Origin: a virus
Strand: one strand, 5' to 3'
Length of the DNA stretch: 33,587 bases
Virus record (IMG/VR): IMGVR_UViG_3300045988_171205
Part shown: piece after piece, positions 26,863 to 33,587 of the stretch
Layout: each line of letters starts with the position of its first letter
Position numbering within the stretch: the first letter of the stretch is position 1
Translations under genes and position numbers: made by a program
Notes under the pieces: model-generated
Seen by the model: the letters and a program-made list of their open reading frames with translations, nothing else
What the model was told of the DNA's origin: nothing
Database searches by the model: none

Positions 26863-27336
26863 ATGCAAAATAAAACAATAGTTAATTTAGATAATAATTT
26901 AATATTAGGTGCAGATAATGTGGAAAAAAATATTGTTACATTAACATTGTCTGCTGATCAAAGTATTAAAAATTCAGATGAAACAATAGTTGCCTTTAAT
27001 AAATATTTAAAAAAAGGTTCTAAACTTGAATTTGATAGTTCTAATCATTCTATAAAAATCGGCGATGATATTTCAAGAATAAAAATAAATATGAATGCTT
27101 TCGCCAAGAATGCAACAACAGATTGGCTTTGGTTTAAGATTTTTAAAAATGGTGTAAAAACTGATTTTACAAGTATGGTTGGAAAAATAGGAGCTTGGAG
27201 TTCTACAAGTATTAGTCCATGTATTTTAGATGTTAAAAAGGGTGATTATATACAATTGATTGTTCAATATGGAACTGCTAATTCCGAACATTACGTCAGA
27301 TATGATGGTACTAATTTGACAGTAGAAGCAGTTTAG
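26863..27336 (+). CDS. putative distal tail fibre / receptor-binding protein (paralog B)
   Basis: Begins MQNKTIVNLDNNLILGADNVE. Same N-terminal motif as the upstream gene, divergent remainder. Confidence 0.4.
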   Translation: MQNKTIVNLDNNLILGADNVEKNIVTLTLSADQSIKNSDETIVAFNKYLKKGSKLEFDSSNHSIKIGDDISRIKINMNAFAKNATTDWLWFKIFKNGVKTDFTSMVGKIGAWSSTSISPCILDVKKGDYIQLIVQYGTANSEHYVRYDGTNLTVEAV

Positions 27337-27347
27337 AAAGGAATAAT

Positions 27348-27644
27348 ATGGAAAAAGAAGAATTAGAAATATTAGTAGAGACGGAGCAGAGAAGTAAATC
27401 TAATACAAAAAGATTAGATAAGTTGGAATTGAAAGTTGATGATATTCATAATCTTGCTTTATCTGTTCAGGCAATGGCTACGGAAATGAAAGCAATGCGA
27501 GAAGATATGACAAATATAGACAATCGAGTATTAGCAATCGAAGCTAAGCCCAGCAAAAAATTAGATTCTATTTGGGGATTTGTAGTGTCGGCTTTTGTGG
27601 GTGGAGTTATAGCATTTATATTTGTAAAATTAGGAATGAAGTAG
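27348..27644 (+). CDS. xhlA: XhlA-family haemolysin-like lysis protein (coiled coil plus C-terminal TM)
   Basis: 98 aa. Coiled-coil N-terminus and C-terminal TM helix IWGFVVSAFVGGVIAFIFV. Position directly upstream of holin and endolysin. Confidence 0.55.
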   Translation: MEKEELEILVETEQRSKSNTKRLDKLELKVDDIHNLALSVQAMATEMKAMREDMTNIDNRVLAIEAKPSKKLDSIWGFVVSAFVGGVIAFIFVKLGMK

Positions 27645-27656
27645 GAGGTGATTTAG

Positions 27657-27914
27657 ATGGATATTACAACAATTATGACTTTAGTAACAATTTTGGTTAC
27701 TTATGTGTGTGGTTTAATTGCTAAAAAGCATCCTAAATTTAACAATAAATTAATACCAGTGCAAAACTTATTAATAGGTATAATAGTAGCAATTATCAAT
27801 TACATAATGACCAAAGATTTTAATGCTTCGATTATGGTAGCAGGTTTGCTTACTGGTGGAGCATATGATCTTGGAAAAAATATAAATGATTTGTTAAAGA
27901 AAGAAGGTAATTAG
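27657..27914 (+). CDS. holin (phiLC3/SPP1-like small holin)
   Basis: GGAGGTG SD. Two TM segments. Charged C-terminus KNINDLLKKEGN. Precedes the endolysin. Confidence 0.65.
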   Translation: MDITTIMTLVTILVTYVCGLIAKKHPKFNNKLIPVQNLLIGIIVAIINYIMTKDFNASIMVAGLLTGGAYDLGKNINDLLKKEGN

Positions 27915-27982
27915 TATGGAAGAAATTAAAATTACAGAAGAAATGGAATTGGAATTAAGTAATGGTAAGGGAGATGAAGTAG

Positions 27983-28936
27983 ATGAGTAAGTCAAGTCTA
28001 ACACAAAAAGTAGTACCTGCTGATGAAGGTAACTATACTAAAGGTAGAAGCGGTAGAAACATTGAGGCAATAACCATTCATCATATGGCTGGAAGATTAA
28101 CTGCAGAACAGTGTGGAAGAATATTTCAAGCAAAAGGTAGATATGGCTCTAGTCACTATGGTGTAGGTTATGATGGCAGTATTGCTAATTATGTTGATGA
28201 AGAAGATACCGCTTGGACAAACTCTAATTGGGATAGCAATTGTAAATCAATAACTATCGAAATATCAGACAATGATAATTCATGGTATGTTAACGACATC
28301 ACTCTAAATGCTGTTATTAAATTGGTTGCAGATATTGCTAAGAGAAGAGGACTAAGAACATTAGTACCAGGGAAGAACTTAACTTGGCATAGTATGTTTA
28401 CTAATACCACTTGCCCTGGAGATTATCTAAGAAGTAAAATGCAATATATTGCTGATGAGGCTAACAAAATTAATAATGAAAGTACATCAAATGAAGTCAA
28501 TGTTTATTATATGGCTAGAACTAAAAAGCATGGCTGGTTAAAAGAAGTAAAAAATCTAGAGGATTATGCTGGTTACGAGAATAGTCCTATAACTGGTCTT
28601 GCCATTAAAGTAGATAAAGGCTCTGTTAGATATAGAGTACACATAAAAGAAATTAAAGATAATAATGGAAATATAATAGTTAAAGGAAGATGGCTTCCTT
28701 ATGTTACTGATTATAACATAAAAGATAAGATAAATGGCTATGCTGGTAATGGCAATATAATCGATTGTGTAGAAGTTTACTATTATACTCCTAAAAATAT
28801 TAGACCATACAAAAAAGCTAAATATAAAGTAAATAATTATCCTTATCAATATGATAATGAAAAAACCAAAGGACAAGATGGTTATGCTGGTGTATATGGA
28901 GTAACTGCTACAAAATTTCAGATTATTATAGAATAA
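27983..28936 (+). CDS. endolysin: N-acetylmuramoyl-L-alanine amidase (Amidase_2/PGRP domain) with C-terminal cell-wall-binding region
   Basis: EAITIHHMAG...SSHYGVGYDGSI...NSNCKSITIEI...TWHSMFTNTTCPGDY are Amidase_2 zinc-ligand motifs. About 150-aa C-terminal domain. Confidence 0.8.
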   Translation: MSKSSLTQKVVPADEGNYTKGRSGRNIEAITIHHMAGRLTAEQCGRIFQAKGRYGSSHYGVGYDGSIANYVDEEDTAWTNSNWDSNCKSITIEISDNDNSWYVNDITLNAVIKLVADIAKRRGLRTLVPGKNLTWHSMFTNTTCPGDYLRSKMQYIADEANKINNESTSNEVNVYYMARTKKHGWLKEVKNLEDYAGYENSPITGLAIKVDKGSVRYRVHIKEIKDNNGNIIVKGRWLPYVTDYNIKDKINGYAGNGNIIDCVEVYYYTPKNIRPYKKAKYKVNNYPYQYDNEKTKGQDGYAGVYGVTATKFQIIIE

Positions 28937-28940
28937 AATA

Positions 28941-28975
28941 AAAGAGGAATTTGACTAATGGTCTTTTTCCTCTTT
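28941..28975. terminator. bidirectional terminator hairpin (AAAGAGGAA-17nt-TTCCTCTTT plus T-run) between the convergent endolysin and RHH genes
   Basis: 9-bp stem. T-run on + side, A-run on the other. Confidence 0.55.
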
Positions 28976-29158
28976 TTTTAATTTTCCTCTTTTTAGATAA
29001 TCGAATGCTATTCTAACAAAATCAGATCCAGATAAATTGTGCTTTTTGAGTTCTCTATCAAGATTTTCTTTTTCTTCTTTTTTTAACTCTACTTTAAATT
29101 GTTTATAATTTTCTTTTTTCCAATCTTTGATGTATTCTTTTTGATTAAAATCACTCAT
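28955..29158 (-). CDS. ribbon-helix-helix (CopG/Arc-like) transcriptional regulator
   Basis: Strong SD AGGAGGG 5 nt before ATG. KQFKVELKKEEKENLDRELKKHNLSGSDFVRIAFDYL fits the beta-strand/helix A/G-x-S/T/helix B pattern of RHH proteins. Confidence 0.5.
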   Translation of the reverse strand: MSDFNQKEYIKDWKKENYKQFKVELKKEEKENLDRELKKHNLSGSDFVRIAFDYLKRGKLKKEEKDH

Positions 29159-29187
29159 TTTATCCCTCCTAATATTATTTTACTACA

Positions 29188-29243
29188 TTTAGTACTAAAA
29201 ATCAAGAAAAAGTATTGACATATAGTACTAAATGTGATATAAT
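29188..29243 (+). promoter_or_regulatory. operator-controlled consensus promoter: TTGACA (29215-29220), 17 bp, TGaTATAAT (29235-29243). Two copies of palindromic TAGTACTAAA (29190-29199 and 29223-29232); one perfect 12-bp palindrome TTTAGTACTAAA
   Basis: Direct reading. The second palindrome lies inside the promoter spacer. A divergent minus-strand promoter (TTGATT-17-TAAAAT) overlaps the first palindrome. Confidence 0.6.
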
Positions 29244-29286
29244 TAATATGTAAGATAAAGAAAGAATCTTACAGAAAGGAGAAGTA

Positions 29287-29406
29287 ATGAACAATATAAA
29301 GAAAAAGCCAATTCGTAATTTAACTTTAGCTGAGTGTTACGAATTAGCAAATCAAGGCTATATCTTTATTAAATATAAAAATATAGTTATTGTAGGAAAG
29401 GAGTAA
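29287..29406 (+). CDS. 39-aa peptide expressed from the consensus promoter
   Basis: AAAGGAGAAGTAATG. 3' end overlaps a 10-bp stem hairpin GTAGGAAAGG-8nt-CCTTTTCCTAC. Confidence 0.35.
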   Translation: MNNIKKKPIRNLTLAECYELANQGYIFIKYKNIVIVGKE

Positions 29407-29574
29407 AATCCTTTTCCTACTAAAATTATATAATAGTTCGTTACAAATGTCAAATGAAAAAGATAATTAAAGGGGTAAAATTGGTTTTAGCAATTTATAA
29501 AAATTCAAGTGATAAATATGTTCCTATTTATGATGGTGAATATGTTGTTGATTTTGGAAAGGTGGCTCAATAAT

Positions 29575-30291
29575 ATGGAAAGTAGGGTTACTAGATATTC
29601 CAGAAAAAACAAATTAAAAAGAAAGATGACAAAATTATTTAAGAGTATTTTGAAGAATATGATTTATTTAATAGTTGGGATATTTTCTGCAATGTATTTT
29701 GGATTGAAAGTATTTAATAGATTGATTGAGAAACTATTTAATAAATTGCCTAGAGTAATGAAAGTAGCAATAATCTATTTATTAATTATTAATGTAGGGT
29801 TAGATATTTATAGCATGTTCGGAAAAAATGGCAAAGAAATACAAATATCTTTGAATGATATAAAACTCTCTTCTATACCTACATATATTCCACCAGTTGA
29901 AGAAAAAGAAGAAGTATGTCCTTTTGATAGTATTTCTTGTAAAATATCAGATAAGGGAAAAGAAATAGGTTTAAGCGATGAGCAAATACTAATATCAATT
30001 GCTATTTCTCAGCATGAAACTGGAAACTATACATCTTATGCTTTTAGAGAACTTAATAATGTTGGTGGTATGATGTGCAATAGTGGTTTAAGATCATATG
30101 ATTCACTAGATGATGGCATAGAAGCCTATCTAAATAATTTAAAGTATAATTACTTTGATATAGGATTAGACACTTTAGAAAAAATTCAGCCTAAATATTG
30201 TCCAATAGGAGCCGAAAACGATCCTAAAGGTTTAAATAAATATTGGTTAAGTGGTACTCAAAGGAAATATAATGAATTAATAGGAAAATAA
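29575..30291 (+). CDS. membrane-anchored peptidoglycan hydrolase-like protein (two N-terminal TM helices plus GH73/glucosaminidase-like domain)
   Basis: AISQHETGNYTSYAFRELNNVGGMM...LRSYDSLDDGIEAYLNNLKYNY parallels the AALESGWGxS...NNLFGIK...YxSYxES GH73 signature including the catalytic Glu. Start uncertain (29509 or 29575). Confidence 0.45.
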   Translation: MESRVTRYSRKNKLKRKMTKLFKSILKNMIYLIVGIFSAMYFGLKVFNRLIEKLFNKLPRVMKVAIIYLLIINVGLDIYSMFGKNGKEIQISLNDIKLSSIPTYIPPVEEKEEVCPFDSISCKISDKGKEIGLSDEQILISIAISQHETGNYTSYAFRELNNVGGMMCNSGLRSYDSLDDGIEAYLNNLKYNYFDIGLDTLEKIQPKYCPIGAENDPKGLNKYWLSGTQRKYNELIGK

Positions 30292-30560
30292 ATGAATTTT
30301 TACATCTTATTTACATCTTAAAAAAATATAAAATAATATTATTAAATATCTATTTTAACCTCATTTTATCGCAAAATATAAGGTAATATTATAAAATATA
30401 ATTAAATAATCTATATCTTTATTTTCTCATCACCTGCTCCAAATGAAAATAAACCCTTAAAATATAAGGGTTTTTATTATTTTATATAACTTTTACATCT
30501 TATTTTTTATAATTTTATATAACTTTTACATCTTATTTACATCTTATTTTTTATAATTCT
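30292..30560. other. candidate attP region: direct repeats TTTTACATCTTATTTACATCTTA (30297-30319 and 30524-30546), tandem TTATATAACTTTTACATCTTATTTT copies, and a hairpin AACCCTTA-AAATAT-TAAGGGTT (30454-30475)
   Basis: Repeats read directly. Lies in a noncoding region immediately 3' of the integrase gene. Confidence 0.45.
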
Positions 30561-31627
30561 AATTTATTTAGTCCTTCTGATATTACAAATTTATCGCTTT
30601 CAAATAGATGTGAATATGTTTCTATTACTGTTGTTTCTGTATCTCCAATTCTTGTTGCTACTTGTTTAATTGTGTAGTTCATACTTCTTAAAAGAGTTAC
30701 ATGTGAATGTCTAAACTCGTGAATAGTTATCCTTTTTACATTTGCTTTTTTTATATAACTTTCTTTTTTTCTAGTTATTGTTGTTCTAGATAATGGAACA
30801 ATATCACCGAAGATAAACATTTCATTATTGAATCCATATATTTTTGATTTTTGAATATATAAATCATCTAATAGTTTAATAACATTATTTGGAATATCTA
30901 CTTTTCTATATGAATTACTTGTTTTTGGTGTTGTTATTTTACCACTTTTATTATAGCTCTTATTAATATTTATAATTTTATTGTTATAGTCCTTCCACTT
31001 TAAAGCTTGAAGTTCTCCTATTCTAAGTCCAGCAAAATATAAAAGTGAAAAGAGAGTTTTATATTCTAAATCATCTACCTGATTCATGAATTGTTTATAT
31101 TCATCTAGATTCCATACCTGATATTCTTTTGGTGGTGTTACACCACATTGAATAGTTTTTATTTTATTGAATATTGGTATGTTAAGATCATATATTTCAA
31201 TACCTGTTCTTAAAATAGACTTGAAATAGGTTATTACACTGTTTTGAGTTTTAATATTTAATTTTGAAATATTATTTTTCATTTCTTCAAATTGAATAAT
31301 ACTAATCTTGCTTACCATTGTTTTTTTAAATACTGGCAAGATATGTTTAGTAATTCTATTTTTTGTATTTTCATAGGTTTCCTCTTTATTCTTTTTTTTA
31401 TATTCTTTTAAATATATTAATGTTAATGATTCAAAATCTAAATCTTTTTGTTTTTCATAATTCATTAAAAATGTTCTTTCAGCATCTTGTGCTTCTGCTT
31501 TTGTTAAGAACATTTTAGAAGTCTTTTGTTTTCTACTTCCATTAAGATCATTGTAGTAAGTTCTAAAGTACCAACTTCTACCATCTTTTGAATACTTTTT
31601 TTTATTTTTTTCTTTATAAATTGCCAT
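30551..31627 (-). CDS. int: tyrosine integrase (phage integrase family with N-terminal arm-binding domain)
   Basis: AIYKEKNKKKYSKDGRSWYFRTYY (AP2-like arm-binding N-terminus). GLRIGEL, HEFRHSHVTLL and IETYSH catalytic motifs. Confidence 0.85.
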   Translation of the reverse strand: MAIYKEKNKKKYSKDGRSWYFRTYYNDLNGSRKQKTSKMFLTKAEAQDAERTFLMNYEKQKDLDFESLTLIYLKEYKKKNKEETYENTKNRITKHILPVFKKTMVSKISIIQFEEMKNNISKLNIKTQNSVITYFKSILRTGIEIYDLNIPIFNKIKTIQCGVTPPKEYQVWNLDEYKQFMNQVDDLEYKTLFSLLYFAGLRIGELQALKWKDYNNKIININKSYNKSGKITTPKTSNSYRKVDIPNNVIKLLDDLYIQKSKIYGFNNEMFIFGDIVPLSRTTITRKKESYIKKANVKRITIHEFRHSHVTLLRSMNYTIKQVATRIGDTETTVIETYSHLFESDKFVISEGLNKLEL

Positions 31628-31732
31628 TTTTTAACCTCCAATTATTTACATATTTATTTGTTTTTGATATAATTAGAGTGCATAGAAAAAAAGATTGTCT
31701 GTTGTGATTCAATTTTATTTTTATGCACTATT

Positions 31733-31765
31733 CTAGTACCTATTGCAGTAGGTACTAGTTTTTTT
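31733..31765 (+). terminator. hairpin CTAGTACCTA-TTGCAG-TAGGTACTAG followed by T7 between the exonuclease gene and int
   Basis: Perfect 10-bp stem. Orientation of the T-run is + strand; may act bidirectionally. Confidence 0.4.
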
Positions 31766-32684
31766 AATTTAATTCTTCAATTATCTCTCCAGTGTTTTCA
31801 TCCATAATTACAATTTTTTTCTTTTGTGTTGAATTTAAATATAATTGATATACTTTTGAACAAGTTTCACAATCATCTAAAGCCCTATGAGAATCATAAT
31901 TTAATCCTAAATACTCTTTTAGTGTAGCTAATTTATAATTTTCAATACTTTCTCTTGGAATGATTCTTTTTGCTAAGGTAACAGTGTCAATTATTTTATT
32001 ATTACATAATTCTTTTTTATTTCTATAACATTCACTTGCTAACATTTTAATATCATAAGGTGCATTATGTGCCACTAAAGTTAAATCTTCAATAAAATCA
32101 AAAAATTGTGGTATTACTTCATTAATAGTAGGTTTGTCTTTTAAATCTTCTTGTTTTATGCCTGTTAACTGTGTTATAAATGGATTTATTACTTCTTTCG
32201 GATTAATTAGTGTAGAAAAAGTTTCTACTTTTTTATTATCAATAAATTTAATAGCAGATATTTCTATTATTTTGTCACAACTTGGATCTAATCCAGTAGT
32301 CTCTGTATCAAATACGACATAATCCTTAACAATTTTATTTGTTCTTCTTTTTGTATAAGAATCATACCATACAGCTTCTGGAACAAAGTTTCTTTCAATT
32401 TTATCTAAAAGTGAGTTCCCACATTTTGTGCAGAATTTGTTTTCTCTTTTGTTTTTTTCACCACAATACATACATATTTTAAATTTTGTATAATCTATTT
32501 CTTCTTTTATACTAATAATTTTAAATATATCTATTATCCATCCTATACAAAAAAGTCCGCATGTACAAAAATAAAGAATTCCTAGTCCAATTTTTTTATT
32601 ATAAAAATGATGTAATCCAAACCATCCTCCGAGAACACATAATATTAATGAAACTTCTTTATTTTTAATTTTATAATTTATCAT
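31764..32684 (-). CDS. TM2-domain membrane protein fused to zinc ribbon and DEDDh 3'-5' exonuclease (DnaQ/epsilon-like) domain
   Basis: GGWFGLHHFYNKKIGLGILYFCTCGLFCIGWIIDIF is TM2-like. CMYCGEKN...CTKCGN is a zinc ribbon. Exo I is VVFDTETTGLD, Exo II VAHNAPYDIKML, Exo III YDSHRALDDCE. Start overlaps the ImmA stop by 14 nt. Confidence 0.65.
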   Translation of the reverse strand: MINYKIKNKEVSLILCVLGGWFGLHHFYNKKIGLGILYFCTCGLFCIGWIIDIFKIISIKEEIDYTKFKICMYCGEKNKRENKFCTKCGNSLLDKIERNFVPEAVWYDSYTKRRTNKIVKDYVVFDTETTGLDPSCDKIIEISAIKFIDNKKVETFSTLINPKEVINPFITQLTGIKQEDLKDKPTINEVIPQFFDFIEDLTLVAHNAPYDIKMLASECYRNKKELCNNKIIDTVTLAKRIIPRESIENYKLATLKEYLGLNYDSHRALDDCETCSKVYQLYLNSTQKKKIVIMDENTGEIIEELN

Positions 32685-33009
32685 AATCTTTCTCCTCCTT
32701 TATAGTTTCTATTATGAAGTTAAGATATTTGTCAGCTTCATCTTCATACTTTTCAATATAAAAAGCAAACATATCTTTATTTAATTGTTTTAACTGACTT
32801 AATTCTATATGGGCTAATTCATGTAATATAGTCTTTTTTCTTTTGTAATATGATAATTCTTTATTTATGAATATATTATATATATTCTCATAACTAAATA
32901 CAAATCCATTAATTCCATCTGGCAAATCAATTATTGTTATACAAGCATTATAGTAGTTAAGTAATTCTTGTTGTGTTATTTCCCTTTTTAATAAACTAAT
33001 TATATTCAT
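32671..33009 (-). CDS. immA: ImmA/IrrE-family zinc metalloprotease (anti-repressor protease)
   Basis: HEXXH motif ILHELAHIEL. Size and position immediately downstream of the XRE repressor match the ImmR/ImmA arrangement. Confidence 0.6.
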   Translation of the reverse strand: MNIISLLKREITQQELLNYYNACITIIDLPDGINGFVFSYENIYNIFINKELSYYKRKKTILHELAHIELSQLKQLNKDMFAFYIEKYEDEADKYLNFIIETIKEEKDYDKL

Positions 33010-33052
33010 ACTTTTTACTCCTTATCTATAAAAAGTACCTGTACTAGCATAC

Positions 33053-33418
33053 TTATTCTTCTTTTCCTAATTGTTTATCAATATCTTTTCTTCTTTTCTC
33101 TATTATAAACTTTATATATTGTTTATCATCCTCTGTAAGAATATTCTTATTTTTATCGAATAATAACTCTAATTCATCGAAAGAATTAGTTTCTTTTTTT
33201 TCTAGGTCTGTCCCGGTCAAATTAGCCACACTAATATTTAGAGCTTCAGCAACATCAAAAATATTATCTAATGATGGTGATATTTCTTCGTTTTCCCATC
33301 TGGCAATGGTAGTCTGATTTACATTTGCAAGTTCTGCTAATTTGTTTTGAGAAAGTTTCTTTTTTTCTCTAAGAAATTTAAGATTTTTACTAAATAGACT
33401 CATAAAATACCTCCTCAC
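33053..33418 (-). CDS. XRE-family HTH repressor (cI/ImmR-like)
   Basis: LSQNKLAELANVNQTTIARWENEEISPSLDNIFDVAEALNISVANL is a canonical XRE HTH. GAGGAGG SD. Divergent from the early promoter. Confidence 0.8.
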   Translation of the reverse strand: MRRYFMSLFSKNLKFLREKKKLSQNKLAELANVNQTTIARWENEEISPSLDNIFDVAEALNISVANLTGTDLEKKETNSFDELELLFDKNKNILTEDDKQYIKFIIEKRRKDIDKQLGKEE

Positions 33419-33461
33419 ACATTAATAATAGCATAAAAACATTAAGAAAGCAACATTTTTT

Positions 33462-33512
33462 ATGTTTTTTTGCATTTTTAGTATTGACTTCTGCAAAAAA
33501 ACATAGTATAAT
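33462..33512 (+). promoter_or_regulatory. early rightward promoter TTGACT (33484-33489), 17 bp, TATAAT (33507-33512), flanked by a perfect 13-bp inverted repeat ATGTTTTTTTGCA (33462-33474) / TGCAAAAAAACAT (33492-33504). Related half-site GCATAAAAACAT at 33431-33442
   Basis: Direct reading. The second operator copy overlaps the spacer and -10. Confidence 0.6.
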
Positions 33513-33532
33513 GAAGACGATAGGAGGTAGAC

Positions 33533-33587
33533 ATGAAAGAAACATTTAAAGAAAAAGTTGCTAGTGAATTAAGAGCATTTAGAGCAA
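33533..33587. repeat. 55-bp exact duplicate of positions 1..55 (assembly overlap of a circular molecule)
   Basis: Base-for-base identity read directly. Confidence 0.9.

Noticed and set aside
29454-29573. 39-aa ORF MKKIIKGVKLVLAIYK... upstream of and overlapping the start of the GH73-like gene
   Set aside because: No SD. It overlaps the alternative long start of the downstream gene, so it is more likely 5' leader sequence.
30400-30480. Possible tRNA 3' fragment or tRNA gene overlapping attP (ctcatcacctgctccaaatg region)
   Set aside because: No cloverleaf could be folded by eye: no acceptor/T-arm pairing or GTTC-like T-loop. GC content is not elevated as expected for a tRNA in this genome.
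31679-31765. Similarity of the int-proximal hairpin CTAGTACCTA...TAGGTACTAG to the TAGTACTAAA operator of the accessory module
   Set aside because: Only a 6-7-bp GTAC-centred match. Short GTAC palindromes are expected by chance, and the hairpin is better explained as a terminator.
1-33587. CRISPR arrays, rRNA/tRNA genes, transposases or IS elements
   Set aside because: No regularly spaced repeat-spacer arrays, no GC-rich structured RNA islands and no transposase-like ORFs were seen. Every repeat found is explained as iterons, att arm sites, promoter repeats or an in-frame coding repeat.

Overview
The window is one complete, circularly closed phage genome of about 33.5 kb. It is visibly very AT-rich and looks like a temperate siphovirus of a low-GC Gram-positive host. 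Host family markers are SpoVG, XhlA, ArpU-like and ImmA/ImmR-type genes; no host identification was possible. The last 55 nt (33533..33587) repeat the first 55 nt (1..55), so the circular genome is represented once with a short assembly overlap.

Gene order is syntenic and almost entirely on the + strand, except for the lysogeny cassette:
- Early control: a perfect sigma-A promoter with a 13-bp inverted-repeat operator at 33462..33512, read divergently from an XRE-family cI-like repressor.
- Early region: small ORFs, a replisome organizer carrying internal iterons, a G39P-like helicase loader, a SpoVG homolog, a HAD-like phosphatase, Zn-ribbon proteins and a second Xer-like tyrosine recombinase.
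- Late control: an ArpU/RinA-like late activator followed by three 10-bp direct repeats, an extended -10 and a leader terminator.
- Packaging and head: HNH endonuclease, GC-rich cos candidate, P27-family TerS, TerL, HK97-type portal, protease and major capsid.
- Tail: connector and adaptor proteins, major tail protein, tail chaperone with an A_AAA_AAC slippery site and hairpin but no long T-frame, tape measure, Dit, Tal with a C-terminal intramolecular chaperone, a collar-domain fibre and two paralogous distal fibre proteins.
- Lysis: XhlA, holin and an Amidase_2 endolysin.
- Accessory locus: RHH regulator, divergent operator-controlled consensus promoter, 39-aa peptide and a membrane-anchored GH73-like hydrolase.
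- attP-like repeats, then on the minus strand the tyrosine integrase, a TM2-Zn-ribbon-DEDDh exonuclease, an ImmA-like metalloprotease and the cI-like repressor.

No tRNA, rRNA or CRISPR array was seen. The most novel-looking elements are the membrane-anchored DnaQ-like exonuclease co-transcribed with the repressor, and the small RHH/peptide/GH73 cargo module.
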